Shown: one piece after another, positions 24,358 through 32,704 of the stretch
Layout: each line of letters opens with the position of its first letter
How positions within the stretch are numbered: position 1 is the stretch's first letter
Source: a virus
Taxonomy: Duplodnaviria; Caudoviricetes
Strand: one strand, 5' to 3'
IMG/VR virus record: IMGVR_UViG_3300025888_000009
Span: 1-34,097 of that record
Length of the DNA stretch: 34,097 nucleotides
The notes under the pieces: generated by a model
Databases searched by the model: none
What the model was told of the DNA's origin: nothing
The model's input: the letters and a program-made list of their open reading frames with translations, nothing else
Made by a program: the position numbers and the translations under genes

Positions 24358-24389
24358 GTTCTAATTATGTTCTATTATTAGTTTATCAA
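24358..24389 (-). promoter_or_regulatory. Structural-module promoter: TGATAAACT plus TAGAACATAATTAGAAC upstream of portal gene
   Basis: Shared motif. Confidence 0.7.
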
Positions 24390-24399
24390 ATAAAGTTAT

Positions 24400-25608
24400 C
24401 TAGCGTATACCCCAATACTCGACAGGTTTATATCCCTCTTTATAAGTTATAAAGTATCTTATTGCGTCCATTGCATGATTATAGGCATCAATCGGAACAT
24501 TAAGGGCTTTGTCTTCTCTATCAAACTTCCAAGCATAGTTGTAATATTCTTCCTCTATGTTGTGAGAATTAGCAGTGTAATAAATCTTAACACCCTGTAG
24601 CCTTTGAATACCGTTATTAATACTGTCTTTACCTTTAACGCAAGGAATGATTGATATACCATGATCTGATATTTCTTGGATACTTTTTGGCTCAGCACTA
24701 TCACCAACTGTTAACTCATCACCTAATTTATCAATATTAAGTTGTAGCAATTCGGCAATTGAACTATTACTTAGTTTTCTTTGGTAGCATATCTCATCAA
24801 CTATATACGAATTGTTCCACTTATAGATATTAATAATAGATGTAGGGTCATTAGTATAGCCAAAGTCTAACCCATTGCCTAAGTATTGGGCTTCTTTTGG
24901 AACTGTCTCTATCTTTTCCCAATTAGTGTATACCTTACCAGATTTACTGGCTGGCTCACCTAACCATTTGTGTTTAAATATCTGTGGTCGGTTTTCTCTG
25001 TCACTTTCCATCTCATCAATTAACGATCTGGACATCCAACCATACTTTAAAGCAACATCGTAGTTTAGATTAAGTAATAGAGTATGTGGTCGTCCATCAA
25101 TAACTAATCGTTTGTGAATAGCGTCTTTTTCAGTCAGCCGGTTATAAGTATAGAATAATTGCGATCCCTCTTTGCGTACTGTTGGAGTTAATATCTCAAG
25201 GCTAGATTCTGTTATAGTCTGAGCCTCTTCTACCCAAGCCTCTGTCATACCCTCGATAGATTTAACACTCTGAATATTATTGTGTAAACCTCTAAATATA
25301 AAGTCATAACCTGTCTTAGTATTGATAATAGAATCATTTGTTATTCTAAAGTTAGGTAAGTGACAATCCTCAATAACATCTTTTAACAATGAATACGAAC
25401 TATCGGTAATGGAGTTCTGATATTCACGAAAGCAACCACAACGGCCACGTTTATTGGATGCTCTGATTAAAAGTATTCTAGCAACAGTACCAGATTTAAG
25501 AGAGCAACGACCACCATATATAGCAGCCTCACGCCAATCAGTATCAAACAACCTAGCATATTCGCTAGGTATTAATACATCATTCTTGTTTTTTTGGTCG
25601 TTCATCAA
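24400..25608 (-). CDS. terL: Terminase large subunit, PBSX family
   Basis: YGGRCSLKS Walker A variant, WVEEAQ Walker B, GLDFGYTNDPT, DSAEPKSI, NHAMDAIRY. Confidence 0.95.
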   Translation of the reverse strand: MMNDQKNKNDVLIPSEYARLFDTDWREAAIYGGRCSLKSGTVARILLIRASNKRGRCGCFREYQNSITDSSYSLLKDVIEDCHLPNFRITNDSIINTKTGYDFIFRGLHNNIQSVKSIEGMTEAWVEEAQTITESSLEILTPTVRKEGSQLFYTYNRLTEKDAIHKRLVIDGRPHTLLLNLNYDVALKYGWMSRSLIDEMESDRENRPQIFKHKWLGEPASKSGKVYTNWEKIETVPKEAQYLGNGLDFGYTNDPTSIINIYKWNNSYIVDEICYQRKLSNSSIAELLQLNIDKLGDELTVGDSAEPKSIQEISDHGISIIPCVKGKDSINNGIQRLQGVKIYYTANSHNIEEEYYNYAWKFDREDKALNVPIDAYNHAMDAIRYFITYKEGYKPVEYWGIR

Positions 25609-25969
25609 TTATTCTAACCGTAGGAGTCAATGAACCATCAGGGTTGCTAATCTCTTGCTCGGTCTTATCTTTCCAGCCATAGTTATTCTTTAAATTAAAT
25701 ATTGTCATAGTTGGGTTAAATTTACCTTTTAGACCACCAATATTAAGTCTCGTTTCGAAAATAGACTTTATTCTTTTTATAGATTCCGAAATCTCTTCAT
25801 CATCACTAAACTTGTCTTCCCATTCACTGAACCTTTGAGGTGAGTAATCTCTATCACTAAACAGTTCACCAAGTACTATTAAATCATCTTGTTCTTTTAT
25901 TGCACTAAGCATATTAGATAACTCTAATAGCACAAATTTCCTTGTATATTTCTCTGGTTTCGTAATCAT
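25580..25969 (-). CDS. terS: Terminase small subunit (P22 gp3-like)
   Basis: IFNLKNNYGWKDKTE motif; directly upstream of TerL. Confidence 0.85.
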   Translation of the reverse strand: MITKPEKYTRKFVLLELSNMLSAIKEQDDLIVLGELFSDRDYSPQRFSEWEDKFSDDEEISESIKRIKSIFETRLNIGGLKGKFNPTMTIFNLKNNYGWKDKTEQEISNPDGSLTPTVRIIDERPKKQE

Positions 25970-26403
25970 GATTTTAATTCTCCATGCACTTCTCTATCAA
26001 CATAGAATATTCTTATTGGTAAATTATATTTATCAACTATTTTACACCCTATATTATGGGTATCAGATGTTATTAACGCTAAAACATCAAACGGTTTATT
26101 GACTTCATCTGCTAATATTGCATATGACAGAAGTTGTGATATAGACCTAGATGTCTCATGAAATGCCTGTTTAGGGTTTTTACACTCAATACCTATTCTT
26201 TTACCGCTAGTAGTCTCTAATACCATATCAATTCTAGGTTTATTAGCTCCAAATGCTCTATATTGTATTGTCTGGTCAATTTTTAAAGATTTTACTGAAT
26301 CATTAAAGAAGTCTTTTGTTATTTTGTCTATGTTTATAGTAATATATTCAACAAATTCTTTTTCTGTCTGGAACTTCAATGGTCTACCACCTGCATGTAC
26401 CAT
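25966..26403 (-). CDS. PD-(D/E)XK nuclease-like protein with TerS-like N-terminus
   Basis: AGGRPLKF N-terminus; RIDM...IECK...QLLSY motifs. Confidence 0.7.
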   Translation of the reverse strand: MVHAGGRPLKFQTEKEFVEYITINIDKITKDFFNDSVKSLKIDQTIQYRAFGANKPRIDMVLETTSGKRIGIECKNPKQAFHETSRSISQLLSYAILADEVNKPFDVLALITSDTHNIGCKIVDKYNLPIRIFYVDREVHGELKS

Positions 26404-26615
26404 TACTCAACCCCTAAACTATCTAAACTTTCAATAGTAGCCTTGACATTAACATCATCTATAAATAAGTCATCAATTATAAAATCTACATGAGCGGTAA
26501 CAATTCCGTCCATTACTCTAATATCAAGAGGTTCTAATATACATTTGTTAGGTATCTCTATGCCATCAACAGTTAGTTTAAATGTTTTATCTTTAAATTG
26601 GATTGATGAACTCAT
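26403..26615 (-). CDS. Hypothetical protein
   Basis: GGAGG RBS. Confidence 0.65.
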   Translation of the reverse strand: MSSSIQFKDKTFKLTVDGIEIPNKCILEPLDIRVMDGIVTAHVDFIIDDLFIDDVNVKATIESLDSLGVE

Positions 26616-26759
26616 GATTTAACCTCCAAACTATTAATAAACTCAATTAACTTACCAGCTTCTACAAAGTTGCTCATGTGACACACTCCATTTTTACATT
26701 GGGCTGTTTTGATTGGTTGCTTATTAAGGCTTATGTATTTTGTGATTAGTTTTTTATCT

Positions 26760-27464
26760 TTAGCGTTCATATTCTGATTTCTCCTTAAACTTACTTTCTA
26801 TTATACTCTTTACGTTACCGTTGAATGCTTGGTCTAGGGTACTTATAAAGGTCGTGTCTGGTATCTTATCAGTTGGGGCGTATAACTTTACATCTTTCAT
26901 TATAATACTAACGTCGTAGTAAGTGTTACCGTAGATAGTTCTTGGTAAAACAACCTTGCCTCTTCTTAGTAGTGGTAATATCTCGTTGCTTAATTCTAGC
27001 CTTTTTTGTTTATTCATTATCATCGGTACGTGTAGTTCATACGAAAGTAAATCGGTTAGTCCCTTTTGTAATAAATAATCCCTAGTAGCCATAACGTGCT
27101 TTGTGTGGCGTTGGAGCATTGGGGTTTGGCGTTTACTTATAAAGGTATCAATATCGCCAGCATGATAGTTTAGTAGCTCTTTACACTCTTTAAATATAAA
27201 AAAGTCATCATTCATATATACAAAATCATCACTTAACCTATCGTCTAGCAATGCAAGTCTGAGGTTTAGTTCACAATCGTGTTGTCTGTTTTTGCCTCGT
27301 TCTGTTCTTGGTAAATATATGACTTTATCAGATATAAAGTCCGGCTCATCACCACATATAAAAATCCGACGGCAATTAATGTTTTTAAGTGATCGAAGAC
27401 AATATCTAAGCTCATCTGTCTTACTGTGGCAATAGGGTATTACACAATCTATTTGTGACGCCAT
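26760..27464 (-). CDS. Stealth-family-like sugar phosphotransferase/glycosyltransferase
   Basis: DELRYCLRSL, FVYMNDDFF, YELHVPM motifs. Confidence 0.75.
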   Translation of the reverse strand: MASQIDCVIPYCHSKTDELRYCLRSLKNINCRRIFICGDEPDFISDKVIYLPRTERGKNRQHDCELNLRLALLDDRLSDDFVYMNDDFFIFKECKELLNYHAGDIDTFISKRQTPMLQRHTKHVMATRDYLLQKGLTDLLSYELHVPMIMNKQKRLELSNEILPLLRRGKVVLPRTIYGNTYYDVSIIMKDVKLYAPTDKIPDTTFISTLDQAFNGNVKSIIESKFKEKSEYER

Positions 27465-28825
27465 AAAGAAGTCTCATTAGTTTTATCAAAGCTTTTGAAA
27501 ATCGTCGAGATGTGACGGCCGTAGTCTAGTAACTTTGGCATCTCATGTCGTGCTACATAATTAAATAACCCCATATCAGTTTGACCGACATTTGCTCGCT
27601 CATCGCTGTATATTCTGACCATTTGGTGGACAAATTCTAGGACGTTATCATAAGAACCACCGAGTATTCCGGCATTAAGTAAATCTGTATTACGACCTTG
27701 CCGTATAAAGTTAGTTAAGAATGCAGGCTTATGGTGGTTCATCATCCACTGACAGAGTAGTTTAACTGGTTCATCGCCTGTATAAATGTGTTTATCGTCA
27801 ATAGTTTCAAATGGGTTGCGTAACATCTCAACATCAGTACTATCAGTTATCCAGACAGCATCGCATGGGTTATCTCTTAAATATTTGTAGTAACTAATCC
27901 ACCTTTGAAAATATGGGTTAAGATATGTTTCAACTTTAATTAACTCAACATTTTTAGGCGGCGTGACATCATCAAAACAGTTATGTAATATCACTAGCTT
28001 TTGATTACCAACTGATTTAATCAATTCTGATAGCATATTAAAGTCTGTCTCTAATGAGCCTCGGCCTTGTGTGTCGTCCATACCTGTAAAGTAAGATGTT
28101 AGGATTATGTTATTCTTAAATTGCTTTTTTGCTTCTGGTTTATAAGGGCAATACTTTTTTGACATATAGCTAGCGTCCATTATTGGGCGTACTTCGTTAA
28201 GGTATTTTCTGCGGGTTGCAAGGTCGACTGTTGACGTAACTTCGAGTTGTTCATCTAAGCTGAATATCAATTTATCACTATTTGGGACATCCATATACCT
28301 AAAAGAGGTCAGTCCTGAATTAAAAATGCGGTTCGAAAGATCTAAGTGCTCCACGCCCCAAGCCTTATAACGTGTCTCCATTCCACCTACAATATCAAGG
28401 CATTTGTGATTCAAGTAAAGCATACAACCCCTTGGGTGTGTAAAAGCTTCAATCTTACTATCTTTGTACAATAAGTGACTATCGCCAACTTCTCTCTCAT
28501 TTATATATCTTATAAATATGTAGTTTAAATGCGGTTCTTCACTTTCTATGTATGGTTTCCACCAATCAAAGCATAAGGGAAAACAATCCGAATCAAAAAG
28601 GAAGATTTCATCGCAGTCATCTAATAATTCAAGGCATTTATTCTTAGCGTTATTTATCCCGACGGTTTGTTCAAATCTAAACGTGGCATCTGGTACTGGT
28701 ATAGCACTTCCGTCGTCGACAATGACTAATTTTGCACCATCGGGCATATATTTTCGTATTTCAACCATAGTTCGTTCATAAACTTCTGGTCGATCCTTTT
28801 CAGTAACCCCTATACCTATGCGCAT
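27449..28825 (-). CDS. Two-domain glycosyltransferase (GT2 GT-A domain plus second GT-A-like domain)
   Basis: VIVDDGS, GINNAKN, FLFDSD, WGVEH.DLS.R; second domain WITDSTDV...NPF...LNAGILGG...DMGLFN. Confidence 0.85.
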   Translation of the reverse strand: MRIGIGVTEKDRPEVYERTMVEIRKYMPDGAKLVIVDDGSAIPVPDATFRFEQTVGINNAKNKCLELLDDCDEIFLFDSDCFPLCFDWWKPYIESEEPHLNYIFIRYINEREVGDSHLLYKDSKIEAFTHPRGCMLYLNHKCLDIVGGMETRYKAWGVEHLDLSNRIFNSGLTSFRYMDVPNSDKLIFSLDEQLEVTSTVDLATRRKYLNEVRPIMDASYMSKKYCPYKPEAKKQFKNNIILTSYFTGMDDTQGRGSLETDFNMLSELIKSVGNQKLVILHNCFDDVTPPKNVELIKVETYLNPYFQRWISYYKYLRDNPCDAVWITDSTDVEMLRNPFETIDDKHIYTGDEPVKLLCQWMMNHHKPAFLTNFIRQGRNTDLLNAGILGGSYDNVLEFVHQMVRIYSDERANVGQTDMGLFNYVARHEMPKLLDYGRHISTIFKSFDKTNETSLWRHK

Positions 28826-29337
28826 TTTGCTATTCTCCGTTTTATTTTACTATATTCTCTCATGTAATCACGTTTACATTGCATACAACTTCTACCAACG
28901 CTACCATTTTTTCTACGCTTTATTTGTGTATTATCGACGCTATATTCATGACCTTGTGGGCAATGTGTTTTTATTAGATTAAATCTATGGCTATTACCAG
29001 TATGAAGATTTTCTTTTATAGTGACAACTTTTAAATGAGCAGGATTGACACAAGCCCTATGTTCACAACTTCTACCGCCAACACAAGTATCACGCTCTTT
29101 ATTATGGCAAGTATGGTCTAATAACATATTTTTTTCTATTTCCCCATTAAACAACTCATAAAAAGCTCTATGGGCAAATACTTCACGCTTATTTACATTA
29201 AATCTATTGTATCCATCTTGATTTTTTGCACCATTAAAAGACCAACAACCATTTTGTAATACTGTTATTTTAGATAGTAAATGTTGTATACGACTTATTG
29301 TTAGTGTTTCTATATTAGTTGGTTTTGGTAGACCCAT
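28816..29337 (-). CDS. HNH (zinc-binding) homing endonuclease
   Basis: GCW...AHR...LDHTC...CVNPAHL...EN; KTHCPQGHEY...C..C; likely start ATG 29337 with GGAG RBS. Confidence 0.9.
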   Translation of the reverse strand: MGLPKPTNIETLTISRIQHLLSKITVLQNGCWSFNGAKNQDGYNRFNVNKREVFAHRAFYELFNGEIEKNMLLDHTCHNKERDTCVGGRSCEHRACVNPAHLKVVTIKENLHTGNSHRFNLIKTHCPQGHEYSVDNTQIKRRKNGSVGRSCMQCKRDYMREYSKIKRRIAKCA

Positions 29338-29350
29338 TATTAACTCCATT

Positions 29351-29426
29351 ATTCAGCCACCCCACGACAAAGTGGCTGAATGTTAAAGTTAATAAGAGTG
29401 TCGTGGCTCATACCTATATTATAGCA
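29351..29426 (-). promoter_or_regulatory. HNH-dedicated promoter (TGCTATAAT) and structured leader (hairpin/pseudoknot)
   Basis: -10 at 29418-29423; stem 29351-29360/29372-29381; loop complementary to 29399-29406. Confidence 0.65.
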
Positions 29427-29431
29427 ATAAC

Positions 29432-30166
29432 CTACCATGTCCGCCAATTCCTTAATGATTCCTTTACGTCAATATTTTGTTCCCAGCCGAATGCCTTTTT
29501 TAATCGTGAGTTATCACCATCTAAAATATCCGCCTCTGATTCGCCTCGTTCGTTCATAACATAGTTGACAGCTGTAATACCCATTAAATTAACCACTTCT
29601 CGTACACTCAGTGCCTCATTAGCGCATAAGTCGTATGTTCCAGTCTCTTTGCTTTCAACTGCTCGTACAAAGGCTTGTGCGACGTCATCTACGTGTATGA
29701 AGTTACGAATCATTTCACCGTTATTATAAATTGTAGCATTGCCACGCATTAAAGTTGGTATTAATTGGCTTTCACTTTGGCCTGTACCAAATGGGTTGAA
29801 TATCCGAAAGGCTACTGAGTTTTCGGGCAGACATTCCTCAGCTAGTTTTTTGCTCATCATGTATGGGTTATAATCACCATAAATAGCGGCAGTTGAGGCT
29901 AATATTATCCGTTTATCACGATCAAGTAGAGCAGTTGATAAGGTATTATTTATAAAGAACTTCTCTGGGTTGTCGAAACTATCTTGAATGCCGATTACAC
30001 CTGCTAAGTGGATAATAGTATCAACTGACTTTGCATCAAATCGTTTAGTACAGTCATTACCGTCTGATAAATCAAACCGTTCAACTTGATGTCCTTCATT
30101 TTCTAAGGCTTCAACAATATGTCGGCCCAAAAATCCGTTAGAACCTATTACTAATATTTCACTCAT
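29432..30166 (-). CDS. NAD-dependent epimerase/dehydratase (extended SDR)
   Basis: GSNGFLG, IHLAG, STAAIYG, YMMSK, RNFIHVDDVA. Confidence 0.93.
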   Translation of the reverse strand: MSEILVIGSNGFLGRHIVEALENEGHQVERFDLSDGNDCTKRFDAKSVDTIIHLAGVIGIQDSFDNPEKFFINNTLSTALLDRDKRIILASTAAIYGDYNPYMMSKKLAEECLPENSVAFRIFNPFGTGQSESQLIPTLMRGNATIYNNGEMIRNFIHVDDVAQAFVRAVESKETGTYDLCANEALSVREVVNLMGITAVNYVMNERGESEADILDGDNSRLKKAFGWEQNIDVKESLRNWRTW

Positions 30167-30459
30167 ACCAGTATTTTAACCTTACATTGCCTTATATCAT
30201 AATTTATACAAGGCGTAGACCAAATAAGCCCCGGCCTTGTGTAACTTGCCAATTCATCTAAAGTTCTAATCTCGCCTATTTGTATCATTAATCTAATGAG
30301 TTTTAACCTGTGACTAGTAAACCCCGGTTTCCAATAATAGTTTGAGGTCAAAAAAAACGTCTGGTTGAGAGACGTTTTAATGATTATATCTTTACCCTCT
30401 AGAATGAAGGTTAATTTGTTACATTTAAATACTGGTGTTTGATTGTTTAGTTTTACCAC
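30163..30459 (-). CDS. Hypothetical protein
   Basis: ORF track; ATGA overlap with epimerase. Confidence 0.55.
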   Translation of the reverse strand: MVKLNNQTPVFKCNKLTFILEGKDIIIKTSLNQTFFLTSNYYWKPGFTSHRLKLIRLMIQIGEIRTLDELASYTRPGLIWSTPCINYDIRQCKVKILV

Positions 30460-30668
30460 TATAATTTAAATATATACTAGTTTTTATTTTTTGGATAGTC
30501 TTTTTAAGATTAATCTTTGGATCCAGTTACTTCGTCTTATTTTACCTTCTAAAACTATCTCTGCTACCTCTTTATAGGTTTTTGTTTGGTTAGTAAATGA
30601 TTTATCTTTGTTAAGTCTCTTAGCCATTTTTTACTCCATTTAAACTATCAATGTATACTATGATTATA

Positions 30669-30992
30669 TCACTTGCAGATTTTAACAGATGCTACAATTG
30701 GCTCAACTGCTGGCTCTTGTGGAGTCTGTGATGGTGCAGGTTGCTCGTGTTGCTTAACAAAGGAATCAATACACTGTTTCTCTGTTTCTTGTGTCATAGA
30801 GGCTTTCATGCACTCTGGTACTGCTGGGTCTGAATTATCGCAACCGTCAACTGGATTACTCCATCTATATGGATACTGACAATTACTATGATCAAATGGC
30901 TTACTTGTTTCAGCTAGTGAAGTATTCAGTGCTACTAACGACCAGCCAGAGATGGCAATTACAAATAGTATAATGATTGATATTCTTTTCAT
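30669..30992 (-). CDS. Secreted/membrane-anchored Cys-containing protein with Pro-rich tail
   Basis: Signal-peptide-like N-terminus; GGAG RBS. Confidence 0.7.
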   Translation of the reverse strand: MKRISIIILFVIAISGWSLVALNTSLAETSKPFDHSNCQYPYRWSNPVDGCDNSDPAVPECMKASMTQETEKQCIDSFVKQHEQPAPSQTPQEPAVEPIVASVKICK

Positions 30993-31243
30993 TTCACTCC
31001 GTTTCTTTTATCCCTTAAGTCTTGTATAAATCCACCGTGTTCTTCTGTATAAAGATAATCTTCCCAATCTTGTAATCTCTGGGCTTCTATAGCTTGATAT
31101 ACAGGGTCGTTAGCATTTCTTTCAGCTATCTGCCTCTCAATGCTAGCTATAATCATTCTCATACCGTCAAGATCTGGTACGGAGTGATCGTCTAATTCTT
31201 CTTGTATTTTAGCGTATTCTGTGAATGTTAATTTCTCACTCAT
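30989..31243 (-). CDS. Hypothetical protein
   Basis: AGGA RBS; ORF track. Confidence 0.65.
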   Translation of the reverse strand: MSEKLTFTEYAKIQEELDDHSVPDLDGMRMIIASIERQIAERNANDPVYQAIEAQRLQDWEDYLYTEEHGGFIQDLRDKRNGVK

Positions 31244-31368
31244 CTGATCGTCCTAAGTTTTATATCTTTTTTAATTTGGTTTAATTGTAAATCGTACTCG
31301 TATGATAATTTGAAACTATCTAACTTTGATTGTTTACTAATATTAAATCCTTACTTTTAAATGATATT

Positions 31369-31579
31369 AGTTATACATGGGTAAGGTCTAGTAGTAGAGT
31401 TGGACTTGAACCAACGACCTAAGCACCAATAAAAATCCTTTTGAGATTTTCTAATGCCACATTCTAACCAGCTGAACTATCCACTACTAGCTTTGGATAG
31501 CAATTGGGCTTCAGCATTTGCTTCTTTAGTGCCGCTTATTAAATTGCTATCCTTATCCATGTATAACTTTTAAATGTGC
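31369..31579 (-). ncRNA. Structured RNA cassette: boxA-like GCACATTTAAAA plus 18-bp closing stem enclosing a hairpin domain and the tRNA-like element
   Basis: 31551-31568 pairs with 31369-31386 (one mismatch); GGATAGCAATT/AATTGCTATCC 31495-31505/31542-31552. Confidence 0.75.
31388..31490 (-). tRNA. tRNA-like element with canonical D and T arms, elongated anticodon arm, 11-bp acceptor stem and no CCA; isotype unassignable
   Basis: CTAGTAGTGGA TA GTTC AGCTGGTTA GAAT G [39-nt arm] AGGTC GTTGG TTCAAGT CCAAC TCTACTACTAG. Confidence 0.75.
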
Positions 31580-31580
31580 T

Positions 31581-31701
31581 AATTAAGTATGTAGGTGCTA
31601 ATAGCAAGGGGGTCTAATCTTAACCCATAGGCTCAGGACTCAAGAGTGGTGACCTATGGAGAACCTTACTACCAGCATTACATACTTAATTGTGAATGTT
31701 C
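31581..31701 (-). ncRNA. Structured RNA cassette: boxA-like GAACATTCACAATT plus 13+14-bp stem with branched top
   Basis: 31679-31691/31581-31593 perfect; 31664-31677/31596-31609 with G-U pairs; inner CCATAGG/CCTATGG. Confidence 0.75.
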
Positions 31702-31710
31702 TAATTAGGT

Positions 31711-31793
31711 AGTTGCCATAACCGAGTGGGTGGTTATACGGACGTTATGTGATCTCGCAATGAACATAAACGAGCAACTTTTATTTAATGTAC
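31711..31793 (-). ncRNA. Structured RNA cassette: boxA-like GTACATTAAATAA plus three-way junction
   Basis: AGTTGC/GCAACT closing stem; ATAACC/GGTTAT and TTATGT/ACATAA hairpins. Confidence 0.5.
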
Positions 31794-31812
31794 ACCGTCA
31801 AGGCTTAATAAT

Positions 31813-31818
31813 ATTATA
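31813..31818 (-). promoter_or_regulatory. -10 element TATAAT upstream of ncRNA array
   Basis: Intergenic, ~20 nt upstream of first boxA-like motif; no clear -35. Confidence 0.5.
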
Positions 31819-31836
31819 CCTTATTTGCTTTATTCC

Positions 31837-32196
31837 CTATTTCTCCTTTGCTTTTAATTGGTCGATACGGTCTAATGTGGCAAAATATAGTTTGTATTTT
31901 AATTCTTGCTGTGCGATTACGTTTTGCTCAAAAACCTTATATTTATATGACGTAGTATTGTTCATATATTCTCTAAGTTTACGAACAAACCACAGGAACT
32001 CATCGCCACGACTAAGCTTGTCTTGCTCTATTTTTGCTTTCTTAACCTCGCTCTCTAATAGGGATAGAATAGATTGCTCGGCTTTATTAAGTCTTCGCCT
32101 ACTGTCATCTAACGAGTCATAAAATGACCCTCTTTGCAGTTTAGCAATAATAGTCTTTATTTTTTTATCTAACTCATTATCTAGTGTAGGTGTCAT
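31837..32196 (-). CDS. Hypothetical protein
   Basis: AGGAG RBS; ATGA overlap. Confidence 0.65.
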   Translation of the reverse strand: MTPTLDNELDKKIKTIIAKLQRGSFYDSLDDSRRRLNKAEQSILSLLESEVKKAKIEQDKLSRGDEFLWFVRKLREYMNNTTSYKYKVFEQNVIAQQELKYKLYFATLDRIDQLKAKEK

Positions 32197-32483
32197 AGTT
32201 GCTCCTGTAATTTACCTATTTGAACATTTATTTCTTCAACACGCATATCAATAGCACTGGATAAGCATTTTCGTAGGTTACGAGATAATGGCTCTTTATT
32301 AAACGTATTGTCCCAAAATATTATATTCTTATACTTCCTACGTTTTAGAACTGGTGGATATGGACCGAATACAGACTCTTTATTAAAACTTAGTTCCTTT
32401 AACTCTTTTCGCAATCCCTGTATTTGAACAATAATATTTTCTTTATCTAGTGTAGGGTTACTGGTTTGGGGTGTGTTATTCAT
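32193..32483 (-). CDS. Hypothetical protein
   Basis: ORF track; ATGA overlap. Confidence 0.6.
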   Translation of the reverse strand: MNNTPQTSNPTLDKENIIVQIQGLRKELKELSFNKESVFGPYPPVLKRRKYKNIIFWDNTFNKEPLSRNLRKCLSSAIDMRVEEINVQIGKLQEQL

Positions 32484-32704
32484 AACTTGCCTTTCTTTGC
32501 TACTAAAATATCTCGGATTGGTATATTGAAATAGTCAGTGCTATCCGACCAAGAGAGTGAATGTATTTCATCGTCAGCATATAAAACAGATATGTAAAAA
32601 TCTTTGAACTTTATTACTGCCTCATCAACAGGTTCGCCATTGTTTAATACTTCAATATCTGACCCAGTTCGTAATTTAAACAGTTGTCTTTGTAGCCAAT
32701 TCAT
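32480..32704 (-). CDS. Hypothetical protein
   Basis: AAGGA RBS. Confidence 0.6.
   Translation of the reverse strand: MNWLQRQLFKLRTGSDIEVLNNGEPVDEAVIKFKDFYISVLYADDEIHSLSWSDSTDYFNIPIRDILVAKKGKL

Noticed and set aside
31388-31490. Ordinary tRNA-Ser(AGA), or a suppressor tRNA implying stop-codon recoding
   Set aside because: No long variable arm, no 7-nt anticodon loop and no CCA; long genes are intact in code 11 and TAA, TAG and TGA all act as stops
12157-32122. Numerous short plus-strand ORFs and alternate-frame minus ORFs overlapping larger genes (e.g. 22887-23171, 23450-23776, 31730-32122)
   Set aside because: They overlap well-supported genes and lack RBSs or recognisable motifs
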